The notes under the pieces: model-generated
Database searches by the model: none
The model's input: only the letters and a program-made list of their open reading frames with translations
Told to the model about the DNA's origin: nothing
Shown here: positions 22,199 to 35,360 of the stretch, in pieces
Position numbering within the stretch: position 1 is the first letter of the stretch
Layout of the letters: the number at the start of each line of letters is the position of its first letter
Source of the DNA: Selaginella moellendorffii
Lineage: Eukaryota; Plantae; Lycopodiophyta
NCBI RefSeq assembly: GCF_000143415.4
Contig: NW_003314343.1
Location: forward strand, 744,813-808,812
Reading direction: 5' to 3'
Length of the DNA: 64,000 nt
Program-made: the position numbers and the translations under genes

Positions 22199-23186
22199 AG
22201 ATCAATTCTATCCGAATCTTTAGAATCAAGTGTTCGTACTTTCCGGTACTAGCACAATGATAAATGAATGACCACGAAGACATCGCATAGAGCTCCAAAT
22301 GTTGGCGAAATTGTATGAACGTGCGGCCATGTCACTGCCCTACCAACTTTTTATAGAATAGAATGCTGTGATGACGGAGGTTCCATCTTTTATTCGGTGA
22401 AATCGCGACTAAACATTGACAAGGACACAAACCACACACATGGTATATGATTTTTCCAAAGGATCTCGTATAGTTGTGAAATGAGGAGGGTATAATTGGC
22501 GTAATGTGCAAGGCTTTTAAAGACTGCCAACCATGACAAGAAAAATAATTGTATCTGACGGCTGCGATTTGCGGCTGCGTGATGGACGGCATCCGTATGC
22601 TCTTGCCAGCGTGGCATTATCGACGGCGTCCATTCGCTCCTACTAGGAGTCCTTGTAGAGGAGGATTGCGAATTTTCTTCCTCCTCGTTCTTGCAGCCGC
22701 GCTTGCGCCATCGCGATTGGAAAGGGCGAGCTTCAGGAGGTGAGCTGCGGAGATTTCTCTTCCCTGCGCCTTCGATCTTGCAATGCGAAGCGCGCGGGCC
22801 TGCGTTTGTGAGGCATCTGGTCGAAATATCTTAGATCCTTTGGAAAATCTTCTAGGTCGTGTGATTTCTCTGTGATTCTTGGGGCGCATTGTGAGAAACT
22901 CGCCCTGTGACGGCGTATTTTTGCGAGAATTCTTTCCTGGTGTGTCGCAGTGGAATTCTAGAGAGGTCAACTAGAAGGGACACTCTTGTTTGGAAATCAC
23001 TGACAGATTCTCTTCTCGTCTGAACAGGTTGTACTGTGGAGTGTGGAGCTTATACTAGTGTAAGAAAGATAAAAGAGGGAGCTCACGAGGAGGTCAGTGT
23101 GAAGTTCTTTTCACTTTTCTATGATCTTACTGGCTCTATGTTAAAAATTCCAGAATGTGAATTAAAGTAGCATCGTCTTGTGACTG

Positions 23187-26100
23187 ATGGGGAAGTCACA
23201 CACTTGGTGGTGGGATAGTCATATCAGTCCAAAGAATTCCAAATGGCTCGAGGACAATCTCCAAGGTAACTTGTTTAGTCTGTAAAGTAGTAGAGCAGCG
23301 AGATTCTTCTCTTTCTTTATGATGATGTGCGCTTTTATCCTTCGAGCAGATATGGATGCCAAGGTGAAAGAAATGCTCAAACTTNNNNNNNNNNNNNNNN
23401 NNNNNNNNNNNNNNNNNNNNNNNNNNNNNNNNNNNNNNNNNNNNNNNNNNNNNNNNNNNNNNNNNNNNNNNNNNNNNNNNNNNNNNNNNNNNNNNNNNNN
23501 NNNNNNNNNNNNNNNNNNNNNNNNNNNNNNNNNNNNNNNNNNNNNNNNNNNNNNNNNNNNNNNNNNNNNNNNNNNNNNNNNNNNNNNNNNNNNNNNNNNN
23601 NNNNNNNNNNNNNNNNNNNNNNNNNNNNNNNNNNNNNNNNNNNNNNNNNNNNNNNNNNNNNNNNNNNNNNNNNNNNNNNNNNNNNNNNNNNNNNNNNNNN
23701 NNNNNNNNNNNNNNNNNNNNNNNNNNNNNNNNNNNNNNNNNNNNNNNNNNNNNNNNNNNNNNNNNNNNNNNNNNNNNNNNNNNNNNNNNNNNNNNNNNNN
23801 NNNNNNNNNNNNNNNNNNNNNNNNNNNNNNNNNNNNNNNNNNNNNNNNNNNNNNNNNNNNNNNNNNNNNNNNNNNNNNNNNNNNNNNNNNNNNNNAGGAA
23901 GTCACCTCTTTGCAAACGGAGCGGACCTCTTTAAAAGACGAGATGACCAAACTGTCGACCGAGAACAAAGGCTTGATTGATCAACTACGCAAAGCAAACG
24001 AGGAGATCAGCGTGTTTCTGGGAGAGATGGAGATGGATCACTCGGCCAAGGATGACGGTGCAGCAGCAAAGAATTTATCTTTGCACGAGATGATCAAGGA
24101 GCTACAGCAAGAGTGCTCACGACTGCAGGTGGACAGTCAGAGGAGTAGCGAGATACAAAAGACTCTTAAGGCGGGAGTTCAGAAACTCGAGCAAGAACGT
24201 GAAAGTCTGGCTGCAGAAGTTTCTCAGAAGACGAGTGAGCTGCAAGCTGCCGAAGAGGTAGTATCCAAGCTTACGAGGGAAAAGACGGAACTTCACGACA
24301 GGCATTTGACGCTGGAAGATCAACTCAACACACACTCGAACGAAAACAGGGAACTCAGGGAGCTGCATGTGAGTCTGTCGGCTGAACATCAAAACATGCT
24401 CACTGAAAAAGAGAACGATATTCAGACACTCAAAAGCGAGATAACTTCTGGTGCCGAGCGCGTCAGAGAACTTCAAGAACAGATTGGTGCTCTCGAGAAA
24501 GATAAGTCGGAGCTTCAAGCCAAAGTTGAAGCACATGCAGCTGAGGTTGGCAGCCTGAAAGAAGAAGTCATCTCCTTGCAAGAAGAAATCAGGAACCTCA
24601 GAAGTATTATTTCAGCTAGCGAGTTGCAAGCCAAAGAGCAAGAAGAAGCTGTTAAAAAGCTGCACTCGAAGGTGTTCGACCTCGTCCGAAGGCTTGAAGA
24701 TCATGGACTGGATTCGGAGACGGATATTTGGCTGTGGGTTCAGAAACTCGAAGAAGGCATTTCCCGCCTCGATGCAGCAAAAACTAAGTCTCAGAGCCAG
24801 CTTGCCATTCATGCTGAACACTTAAGTTCGTTGGAGCGCGAGATGTCCGATCTTCAGAGTCAGAAGCAACAAGAGTTGAGCGAAGCGCAAGCGAAAATCA
24901 ACGAGCTGAAATCCGAGTGCCAGAAACATGGGGAGGAGGCTCTCTCTGTAGGAGAGCGTGTCAAGGTTCTTACGGAGACGCTTGCAACTCTGCAAGCCAC
25001 TCACTCGAACCTTCAGACGGAACTCTCAGAAGTAACAGAAGCCAAAAAGCTGGCAGAGAAGAACATTTTGGATCTCCAAGCCATGAAAGAGTCCAGCGAT
25101 TCCGAAGCGAAGGCAGCACTCAAGCAGCTGGAAGAAAGCCTTGCATCGGCTACTGAACAGCACAGGATACTGCAAGAAAACCTCGATGGACTCAAGGTCA
25201 CGATGCAGGAGAAAGAAGATCAGATCGGTCGCCTCGAGCAAGAGAAATCAGAACTGGAGGCAAAAGTAGCATTCCATGGAACCGAGATAGAGAACCTCCG
25301 GGAACTTAACAGAAGTTCAGAGGAACAGCTGTCGAGCAAGACAGATTACTCCACCAACTTGGAAGCGGAGCTGTCGGCTTTGCGAACAGAGAAAGCAAGT
25401 CTCGTGAGCCAGTTTGAGGAGGAAGGACAGAAATCGATGTCACTGGATTCCGAGGTTCAGCGTTTGAAGTCCGAGCTTGCTGCTGTACAAGGGCAGCATG
25501 CTGAACTCAGCTCGACTCACCAAAGAGGAATTGATGAAGCTTTTGTTCTCGGTGCAAGCATGAAGACACTGACAGAAAAGCATCAGGATTTGCAAGGCAA
25601 GCACGAGAAACTCCAGGCCGAAGTTTCAGCAGCAACCGAGCTTTGTCGGAGGCTGGAGACAGAGATTGCAAATACAAAGGAAGAGAAGGAGAAGGTAGCA
25701 GCAGAGCTCCAGAGTAGCATGGAAAAGCTGCGCGAGCTTTCACTGGAGCTTCAAAAACGGGAAGAAGTAATCACGTCCCTGAAAGCCACAATATCCGACA
25801 AGGAGGGTGAAGTTGAAAAGATAGTTAAGGATCTCGAAGCATGCAAGGAACAAATCTCGACGTTAGAACAAAAGCTTGTCGTTTCTGAGAAGGCCAGGGA
25901 GGCATTAGAAGCACATGCGCAGAAGCTCCAGTCTGAGAAGGAAGAAATGAATGGACAGCTTCGGCAACTTAACACGGACAACGAGCAGGCGAAGTCCGAG
26001 TTGGTGACATCCAAAAACGAGTCTGAGAGGCTTCGTGTGATCTGGTCGCAAGAAAAAGAAGAGCTCCAGGAAAGGATGGGCAAAGTTACCAGTGAACTGG

Positions 26101-29100
26101 AGGAGGTGAAAAGACTCAAGGATGAAGCCCAGGCGTTGCTGGATGAGAATTCCCAGCTGCACAAGACGAGGGAGCTCGAGATGGAAAGTTTAAAGCACAC
26201 CAGGTCTCGAGAAACTTTCAGCTTGTATAAGTTTCTCTTTGGAGATGACGACGATCAGCCTGAAGAACGGGATGTAAGCCATGACGAGGTGGCGAAGAAA
26301 GCGATCGAACTGCAGTCGAAGTACTCGGAGCTGAAGGCACGAGAAGTGTCCTTGAAGAGCGACATTATAGAAGGAAACATCCGAATTCAGCAACTCGAAG
26401 AAGAAATCGCCACGCTGAAGGGAGAAAAGGAACTTCTTGATGAAGAGTTGAAGAAAAGCACGACGATGCAGGATAAACTCACTTCTGACTGTGAGCAGCA
26501 AACGAAGAGCCTGAACTCGGTGAACGAAGAGCTGGAGAAACTCAAAGAGATGCGATCCAGAGAGATTCTCAGGCTGCTTTCGTCACTTGGTGTGGAAAAC
26601 GGGGAAGGCTCCTACGACGATGTTGAAAAACACCTGGCAACGTTCCAAACAAGCCATGCAGACTTGAAAGAGAGGGAGCTACAGCTGCAAAGCGAGCTAT
26701 CTGCAAAGACGACCCGTCTTCAGGAGCTCGAGGAGCATGGAACATGCTTACAGAACGAAATTCTTGATGGAAAGACTCGCATTCAACAGCTCGAGGAGGA
26801 GATTGAGAAGCTGAAGCAAGAAAAGAGCTCCCTCGATAAAGAATACCAAAAGAGTACCGGACTGCACACAAAACTGGTATCTGACTTCGAGAAACAAACA
26901 GAAAATCTGAACTCGGTGACGAAAGAGTTTGATATGCTCAAGGAGACCAGATCGAAAGAGATGTTCAATCTGCTAGCGTTTTTCGGGCTGGAAAAGGAGA
27001 AAACAGCTGATCAGTCACGAGAACTTACTCACGACGTTATCGAGAGGCATGTGACGGACCTGCAAACCAGCCACCAAGAGCTAAAAAAACGGGAGCTACA
27101 GCTGCAGGACGAAATGTCTACGAGCAATGCCCGTATCCAAGAACTTGTCGAAGAGACTGACAAAATCAAACAGGAGAAGAGTGACCTCCAAGAAGAGTAT
27201 CAGAGGACTGTCGAGAATGAGACAAAGAAAGCAGCAGAGTACGAACGCAGAATCCAAGAGCTGGAAGTTTTGGTCAGTGAGTCCGAGAAGAAGCAGCGAC
27301 AACTATCTGCAGAGCTCCAGAAGGTTACCGAAGAGCACGGGGATGTCTCTGGAAATCTAAAAAAGGTGATTGCGGAGCTGACCTGCCTGCAAAAGGAGCA
27401 CGAACAGCTTCAGGCGGGGAAGAAGCAAGCAGATTCGGACTTGGAAAAAACTAAGGTGGACTTGCAAACTAGCCAACTGGAGCTGGAGAGACGAGAGCGG
27501 CAGCTACAGGACGAACTTTCTGCTAGCAATGCTCGTCTCCAGGAACTTGTGGAAGAGATCGGCAAGCTCAAACAAGACAAGAGCGATCTGCATGAGGAGC
27601 ATCAGAGGAGTATTGAGAAGGAGGCGAAGCAAACCGTTGATTACGAACGTAAACTTCAAGAGCTGGAAGCGACTGTCAAGGAGTCTGAGGAAAATTGCCA
27701 GAAGCTAACAGCAGAGTTTCAGAAGGTTACTGAAGAGCATGCGAGTGTCTCTGCAAACGTGCAAAAGCTCGATGCAGAGCTGGCGGGCTTGCAAAAGGAG
27801 CACGAACAGCTTCAGGCGGAGAAGAAGATGGCAGAGTCGGACTTGGAGAATACTAAGGTAGCTTTGCAAGCTAGTCAACTGGAGCTGGAGAAGCGACAGC
27901 GGGAGCTGGAGGACGACCTTTCTGCTAGTAATGCTCGACTCCAGGAAGCCATGGAAGAGATCGGGCAGCTCAAACAGGAAAAATGTGACCTGCATGAAGA
28001 GCATCAAAGGAGTGTTGAGAATGAGGCGAAGAAAACAGCTGATTACGACCGTAAAATTCAAGAGCTGGAAGTCACGGCCAAGGATTTCGAAGAAAGGTGC
28101 CAGAAACTAGCCGCAGATTTACAGAAGGCTAATGAAGAGCATGCGAGTGTCTCTGCAAGCATGGAGAAGCTCAATGCGGAGCTAACATCCTTGCAAAAGG
28201 AACACGAACAGCTTCAAGCCGGGAAGAAAAACGTGGAGTCGGACTTGGTGGATACCAAGTCTGAATTGGAGCAGACTCGCCTCAGGGCACAACAAGAGAA
28301 GGAAGAGTTTAAAGCAAAGTTGAGCCGAAGCGCCTGTGATCTGGAAGAGATGAAGCAGCTGAAGGAGAAGACACAGGCTTTACTGGATGAAAAAGCCGAG
28401 GTGCACGAGACGAGAGAGCTTGAGTTTGAGAGCTTCAAACAAGCTAAGTCGCGCGAGTCTTTCAGCCTGTTCAAGTATTTGTTTGGAGCGGATGATAGCC
28501 CGCCTGAGGAGCGAGATGTGACTCATGACGAGGTGGAGAAAAAAGCCATGGAACTACAGTCGAAGTACGGGGAGCTCAAAGAACGGGAAGCATGCTTAAG
28601 CAGTGACTTAGAGCGTCGAAGCGCACGTATCCAGCAACTCGAAGACGAGATTGATAAGCTGAAGCAAGAGAAGGATTCCTTGAACAAGGAGGTAAAGAAG
28701 GCAAGCATGCTCCACACGGAGCTGGCCTCTCACTTGAAGGAGAGGGAGGAGAACCTGACCGTGATGACAAGAGATTACGAAGCATTCAAGGAGACCAGAT
28801 CAAAAGAGATCTGGAAGCTGCTTACGTTCTTTGGGATGGAGAAGCCTGAAGAGCAGCAGGAAACACGGGCGCTGGTTGGACAGGATGTTGTTGAAAAGCA
28901 TGTGGCGGACTTGCAAGCAAACCATAGAGCGCTAAAAGAACAGGAGCTACAACTGCAAGGCGAGATATCAAACAAGGATGCTCAGCTTCGAGAGCTTGAG
29001 GAACAGATCACCAAACTCAAGTCCGAAAAAGACGAACTCGTTGCAATGGACGCCAGAAAGACGAGCGAGAGCGAGCAGAGAATTGGTGGCCTCCAGCTAG

Positions 29101-30329
29101 AGATTGCCGGGCTTAAAGACAAGAACGAAAAGCTGGATGCGGAGTATCAAAGAGTAAAGGAGGAGCACCATCAGGTCTCTACGAGCATCGTCAAGCTCAA
29201 CGACGAGCTGGCCTGCTTGCAAAAAGAAAAGGACGTGTTGGAGAAGGACATGTCCACTGAGGTGCAAAAGCTGGAGGATGAAAAGGCGGGTGTCAAGAAT
29301 CAGCTGGACACGAAGGTGACGGAATTCGAAGAGGTCGTCCGAACACTTCACACGGAGAACAAGGACCTGGGAGATAAACTAGCCGCGGAGGTGGAGGGAG
29401 TTCACGCAATGCAGGACAAGCTGGCGGCGCTAGAAAACGAGAACCAGACCTTGCTGGAGGAATCCAACAAGGTACGTGATTTACAGCAGGAGCTTGCTTC
29501 TGTGCAGGAGGAGAACCGGATGCTCAAGTTCGAGCTGTCCAAGCGGGACATCTTAATCAAGAGGCTGGAAGGAGACTTTATCAAGCTGCGGGACGACAAG
29601 GCCGAGGTCACAGAGCAGCTGAAAACCGCGACCGAGCAGCTCAACCGGATGCATGCCGAGTTACTGGAGCTCCGTGAAGAGGACAAGAGGCTACGCAGCA
29701 AGCTCGAGTCCATGGCAGAGAAGGTGCAAGGATTGGAAGAAAAGATCTCGGTGCTGGAGCAGGAGAACAGGAACTTGGTGGAGGAAGTGGAGGCAGGGAA
29801 CAAGCAGAACAAGACGCTGGTGACAGTGCTCATGTTCCTGCGAGCCGAGGTTTCAAGCATCACGCAGAGGACAAAGGCGCTGGGCCGGGACGTGAGCGAG
29901 AGCGAGCAGGCGCTCAAGGCCAAGGACGACGCACTGGTAAAGCTTCAGGGCGAGATGAAAGCTCTCCAGGCGGAGAGGCAGCGGATGTCCCTCGCAAACT
30001 CGCAGCTGTCGAGCAAGGTGGTGGCTCTCGAGCAAGAGAACAAGCTCCAGAGCTCGGAGATGGCCGAGGAGAAGAGAGCGGCGATCCGGCAGCTGTGCTT
30101 CTCGCTCAGCTGCATGAGGGAGCACAACGAGAGGCTGGAGCACTCGCTCAAGAACGTGAGGGTGAGGTACAGGCCCAAGCCGCCATCGCCAGCATCGACA
30201 TGGAAGAGCTTCTGGAATCCGTGGTACAACAATAACAATAACAGGAATGCTCTCACTGGTGCCACCGGATCCTCGAGTGACACTACTCCTACGGCCGCTG
30301 CCAATGCCACTACTACTGCTGCTGCGTGA
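23187..30329 (+). CDS. Giant NETWORKED/KIP1 (NAB domain) coiled-coil protein, NET4/CIP1-like C-terminus
   Basis: Exon 1 [26 protein letters not shown], then a GT-AG intron, then [12 protein letters not shown]: this is the start of a NAB domain. After the N gap there are >2,100 aa of open heptad coiled coil. [14 protein letters not shown] occurs near the C-terminus. Confidence 0.88.
23385..23895. other. Assembly gap (511 N)
   Basis: Run of N inside the NET gene; the rest of the NAB domain is hidden. Confidence 1.
27060..28265 (+). repeat. Three in-frame 402-bp (134-aa) tandem repeats within the NET CDS
   Basis: cgaacagcttca recurs at 27401, 27803 and 28205. Each protein unit reads LQxS..EL..R..QL.D..S.SNAR.QE...[12 protein letters not shown]...SDL..TK. 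Confidence 0.92.
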
Positions 30330-30589
30330 GTATATAGGAGTGGTTCTATCTTGTGCATTTTTGTGTGTACTGTAATATTTTTGCGAGATAAATAATGCGA
30401 TCATTTTGCGACGACCAAACAAAAAAAAAAAAAAACAATTACAGAATAAATTTGCATGATCTTACTAGTGTGTCTGGAGCTTACATTTTCCGCGAGAGGG
30501 AAATTTCTCATCCTCCAATCGGAAGGATCAGATATGTTTCTTGACAATATATTATAACTTAATCACACTCTTAGGGTCTGAAAAGTTCA

Positions 30590-31680
30590 TTGGCACGTTT
30601 GGACGTGGACGAGTGCCTCGTCTCCAGAGACGCGAAAATCACGGATTTCGTGGTCAAGATCGGCATGAGGCCTGGGTTGATACCTTTCCTGGAGAGCATG
30701 GTTGCCATCTATGATCGCTATGTATTCAGCAGAGTTCTATTGTAGTGGCATCGTCTACAATATAAATTCGAGGCTATCCTCTGGACGGATTTCGAAAATA
30801 TTGTTGCCGGGACGATTGCAGGTCTTATATGGATCCAAGCATCAATGAAGTCGTGTCTCTGAAAGACATTTGTTCCGTGCCAACGGTTGAAAAGGATCGC
30901 ATGTATCTTTACAATTGCGATTGCTGGCTGGATTGCAAGCGAACGGTGTGGCTTGATGATGATGAGTATTACTGGCTGGTCCAGCCAAACAATGGCTTTG
31001 TGGTTCCTCGGTGAGGACGAGGAGGATCGAGTGCTGGATGGGTTTGTGCCGCTTCTCACCGCTCTGGCCAAACTGGATGACTTCGCTCCGGCGATTGAGG
31101 GGCTTAGGACTGGAGAGTGTAAGCTGGTTGACGGGGAGCTCAAGTTTGGCGAGATTGATGGGGAGATTGTTTCGGAAGGGCTGCGTAGGTTTTACGTAAG
31201 TGTATATTGTCTTGTGTTTTGTTCTTACTTTGCTATACGCACAGGTGAGGGAATGGTTCATAAACGCCATGCTCATGCAGAGCGATTATTATAATCCACT
31301 GTGGATAAAATTCAGGTGTAAGGATAGAAAGCTGTTGGAAGACCCTGAATTTAAGAAGCAAGTGATTGGAGTGAAACACAATGGTGGTTTAGAGTCAGAA
31401 AGCGAGGGTAAATGTGTGATAAGCGAAGCAAGCTGGGAGGTACTCAAGGGGGTGATAAAGGCGGAGTATCAACAGATTACTTTGGAAATGGCATACAAGA
31501 AGAAGAAAGACAAGAAGGAACTGGTAAGAATTTTTACCTTTTTCAAAGAGAAGCTCATAATTTGCTGTTTTTTTAGCTTGAGGCAAAGGCTGAGGAAAGT
31601 CTGAAGGCACTCGAAGGCGTTGAGGAGTGTTTGCATTCCGGAGTTTGTCAGCAAAGTCTATCATACAAAAGCGTCCTATT
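30590..31680 (+). pseudogene. Frameshifted copy of the FCP1/SCP-like phosphatase gene
   Basis: Colinear and highly similar to 33332-34420. The start is lost (ttggcacgt), and it carries small deletions and frameshifts. Confidence 0.85.
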
Positions 31681-32229
31681 TCAATTTTTTCTACTTGGCT
31701 TAATTGAGAACCAATAATATAAGCTCTTCGCGCTTATTAATTGTGCTCGCTACAGCAGCCCCTCGCGGGAGTCCATGGAGACAAACCTGATGATGTCCCG
31801 ACAATTCGAAGTTAAACTTTGTTTTCGTGCCCCATAGCTGTTAATACTTTACACAAATATTCTTAAAATACTCCTATCCAAAACCACTGCAGCTAGAAAG
31901 TGTCTGAGAAAGATATTTGATACGTCATTGCTGCCACTACCTGTAAAGCTAAAGCTAAACAAAAGGAGCGCGATAAGCAGAAGCTTACTTTCTTGTTGGT
32001 GTTCCATGTGGACTGTGATGTTCTCACACATATCCAGAAAGGAAGTCTGCTGGTGTAAAGTTCGACAGCATCCTGTAGTTTGAGACGATCAATCCAGACA
32101 AATGCAGTTCCCTCCAACACGGACGAGATCAAGAGGAGCTAAATGCCGCCCAGCAGTGATTCGTGCCATTTGGGCGCGAACATAGATTTTAAAGCCGTCT
32201 TTATTCTAAAAGCATATTGATGGATTCTC

Positions 32230-33200
32230 TTTAATTTTATGGCACAAGCACAGCGATTTCTATGCCAAGACCCCCGACCACAGGTTCTCTTCCAAGGATC
32301 TAGAGTTTGGTCATCTGACCAAGTATTAGAGCATTCCAGGAGACTTGCTCCATCCTGTCAAAGACCTTCCGAGCGTCGATCATGGTCTCACACGCAGCAT
32401 ATAAACCGATGAGTGTTGCTGACACGACGGAGTCAAAACCGCTGCTTCTAGCTCTGGAGTAAATTTCCATCCCCATCTCCAGGACTTCCACAGGCTTCGT
32501 CCCTTGCTCCTTCGATGCCAACTCTTACAAGCCTTGAGAGCAGCAACGTAGCACGGCTCATTCTCAGCGCAGCTCGAAGAAAAAAACAGCACCAAAGCTA
32601 TCTCTGGCTGGCCGTTTTCCATGTATCCCAGAAACCAGGTCATGCTGCGGCATTCTCTCGAAAACCGCTCGAGACTTGTCCGGGCACCCAGCGAGCTGGC
32701 CACGAATATATCTAGCTCGTCTGAAACTTGAGAATGAAGATCCGTGCCTTTCTCCAGCGCCTGTTTTCACGAACCACCTTCCAACTTTGCTGCCTTCTTC
32801 TTTGGCCGCTAGACCTCCCTTGAGAGCAGCAACAAAGGTCCTGTCATTTGGAGCCACACTTCTCTGCTCTCATTCATGACAGTGCCTGTAAAACCAGTGC
32901 CTCTTCCCCGTTTTCCACGTAGCCCACGAGCCCAGCATCAGTGCCATCCAAGAGACCACACTGCAATACCCCATCCCTGTAAAAACTCTCTCAGCTTCCA
33001 CCAAAGTTCCATATGCGTTTACAACGTAGAGATCGTGGTCATGCCCGCTCCGATGCATCGCCATGGCATTTCATCGCCAAAATCTTCGCCTCTTGCTCCT
33101 GTGCCAGGCCTTAGATCCCAAACAAGTCGAAATCTACAAGAACCAGACGCACTGAGTGGAACTCTCACCGATAGCCTACAATTTCCGCGAGAAACCTTCC
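32230..33200 (-). pseudogene. Fragmented PLS-PPR gene
   Basis: Pieces in different frames: LVEAERVFTGMGYCSVVSWMALM, PNDRTFVAALK, DARKVFDRMEQVSWNALI. Confidence 0.8.
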
Positions 33201-33331
33201 CTTTTTTATTTTAGGTAGGGATGGGATATCAATACCGACTTACTCCGCCGTTGGATGCACGCCACGTGGCAGCAGAAAGTCATAAATATATAGCAAAGAG
33301 TGTAGCCAAACCTTAGGGTCTGAAAAGTTCA

Positions 33332-34449
33332 ATGGCACGTCCAGCGCTGGTTTTGGACTTGGACGACTGCCTCATCTCCAAGAACGCGAAAATCACGGAT
33401 TTCGTGGCTGGTGGCTATGACATCGGCATGAGGCCTGGGTTGATCCCTTTCCTGGAGAGCATGGCTGCCATCTATAATCTCTATGTATTCAGCTGCTCTG
33501 CAGAGTTCTATTGTAGTGACATCGTCGACAATATAAATAAGAGGCTATCCTCGGGACGGATTCTAGAATATTGTTGCCGGGACGATTGCAAGTCTTATAT
33601 GGATCCAAGCATCGATAGAGTCGTGTCTGTGAAAGACATTCGTTCCGTGCCAATGGTTGACGGGGATTGCAAGCGAACGGTGTGGCTTGATGATGATGAG
33701 TATTACTGGCTGTTCCAGCCAAACAATGGCTTTGTGGTTCCTCGGTACGATGGGGAGGACGAGGAGGATCGAGTGCTGGAAGGGTTTGTGCCGCTTCTCA
33801 CTGCTCTGGCCAAACTGGATGACTTCGCTCCGGCGATTGAGGGGCTCAGGACTGGCGAGTGTAAGCTGGTTGACGGGGAGCTCAAGTTTGGAGAGATTGA
33901 TGGGGAGATTGTTTTGGAAGGGCTGCGTAGATTTTACGTAAGTGTATTGCGTGATTATTGTCTTGTTTTTGTTCTCACTTTGGTATACGCACAGGTGAGG
34001 GAATGGTTCATAAACGCCATGCCCATGCAGAGGGTATATAACATAAAGAAATTGGAAGACCCTGAATTTAAGAAGCAAGTGATGGGAGTGAAACACAATG
34101 GTGGTTTAGAGTCAGAAAGCGAGGGTAAATGTGTGATAAGCGAAGCAAGTTGGGAGGCACTCAAGGGGGTGATAAAGGCAGAGTGTCAACAGATCAGGTT
34201 GGAAATGGAATACAAGGAGAACAAAGGCAAGAAGGAAGTGGTAAGAATTTTAACTTTTTACAAAGCTCGTAATATGCTGTTTTTTAGCTCGAGGCAAAGG
34301 CTGAGGAAAGTCTGAAGGCACTCATAGGCGTTGAGGAGTGTTTGCATTCCGGAGTTTACAGCAAAGACTATTTGCAGTCAGCAAAGTCTATCATACAAAA
34401 GCGTCCTATCATACAAAAGCGTCCTATTTATATGAATTTCGATGTTTAA
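33332..34449 (+). CDS. FCP1/SCP (NIF) family HAD phosphatase-like protein, probably 3 exons
   Basis: LVLDLDDCL, RPGLIPFLESM...LYVFS, VKDI...TVWLDD...QPNNGFVVPRYDG..EDRVL match the FCP1-homology domain. Introns at ~33938-33993 and ~34241-34287. The last exon is in frame to TAA at 34447-34449. Confidence 0.75.
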
Positions 34450-34849
34450 TCTTATGGAATCTCGAAGTTAAACTATACTTTATAAAAATATTTAAAATAC
34501 TCAGCTAGAAAGTGTCTGAGAAAGATATTTGATATGTCATTGCTGCCACTACATGTAAAGCTAAACAAAAGGAGCTCGATAAGCATCAAAATCTATCTTG
34601 CTTGTTGGTGTTCTATGTGGACTAAAGTCACTGTGATGTTCTCACATCCTACCCCAAACCGGTATCAAGGAATTAACAGGAACAGTTATGAATGTAATTC
34701 ACAGCTTTGGGGTCACACTAGACAGTTAGTTCCCCAGCCTTTTATTTTATCCTCCATTGTCCTCCAAGCGCTTGGCAAAGCTCTTGTCCTCGCGAAGGGC
34801 AGCATTATTTTCTTCCTCTAAAGAGTTTTTTCTGTGGATCATTGAGGTT

Positions 34850-35360
34850 GGTTGCTGTGGATCAAGCCATGGCATCTCCTGCGAGCATTGTCTGAGGGTC
34901 TGGGCTTAGGCTCCGACTATCTCGAGAGGGAATTTGGTAAGCACCAAGCAGCGCTGGAACTCAACTATTATCCTCCTTGCCCGAGCCCCGAGCTCGCAAT
35001 CGGACTGAGCAGTCATTCCGACGTTGGTGGTCTCCCCATTCTCTTGCAGGAAAATGATGTCGTGGGGCTCCAAGTTAAGTTCCAAGACACGGGTCGATTC
35101 CCGGTGCTCTTGTTATCGACCAGCTTCAGGCAAGTTTAACAACAGTTTTGAGACTCCGCAATGCAAAGCTGAAGAGGACCATCTTGAACGCGGGTAAATC
35201 TCGGGCGTCGGTCGGGCTCTTCTATGATCCATCTTCCGACGTTAGAGTTTCTCCGATTCCCAAACTTTTAGACCCGGAGCATCCGGCAGCCTACAACCCG
35301 TGGTCCCGTGCGTGTTTGGAGAGTACGTGAAGAACCTCTACTCCAAGAAAGTCGGCCGAG
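34850..35360 (+). pseudogene. 2-oxoglutarate/Fe(II) dioxygenase (DOXC) C-terminal fragment
   Basis: [25 protein letters not shown] (HxD motif) and SRASVGLFYDP. The N-terminal half is missing and there are frameshifts. Confidence 0.8.

Noticed and set aside
23319-30329. 2336-aa ORF as listed in the track
   Set aside because: Its start lies in an intron and it reads through 511 Ns. The real start is the NAB exon at 23187, and the frame across the gap is unknown.
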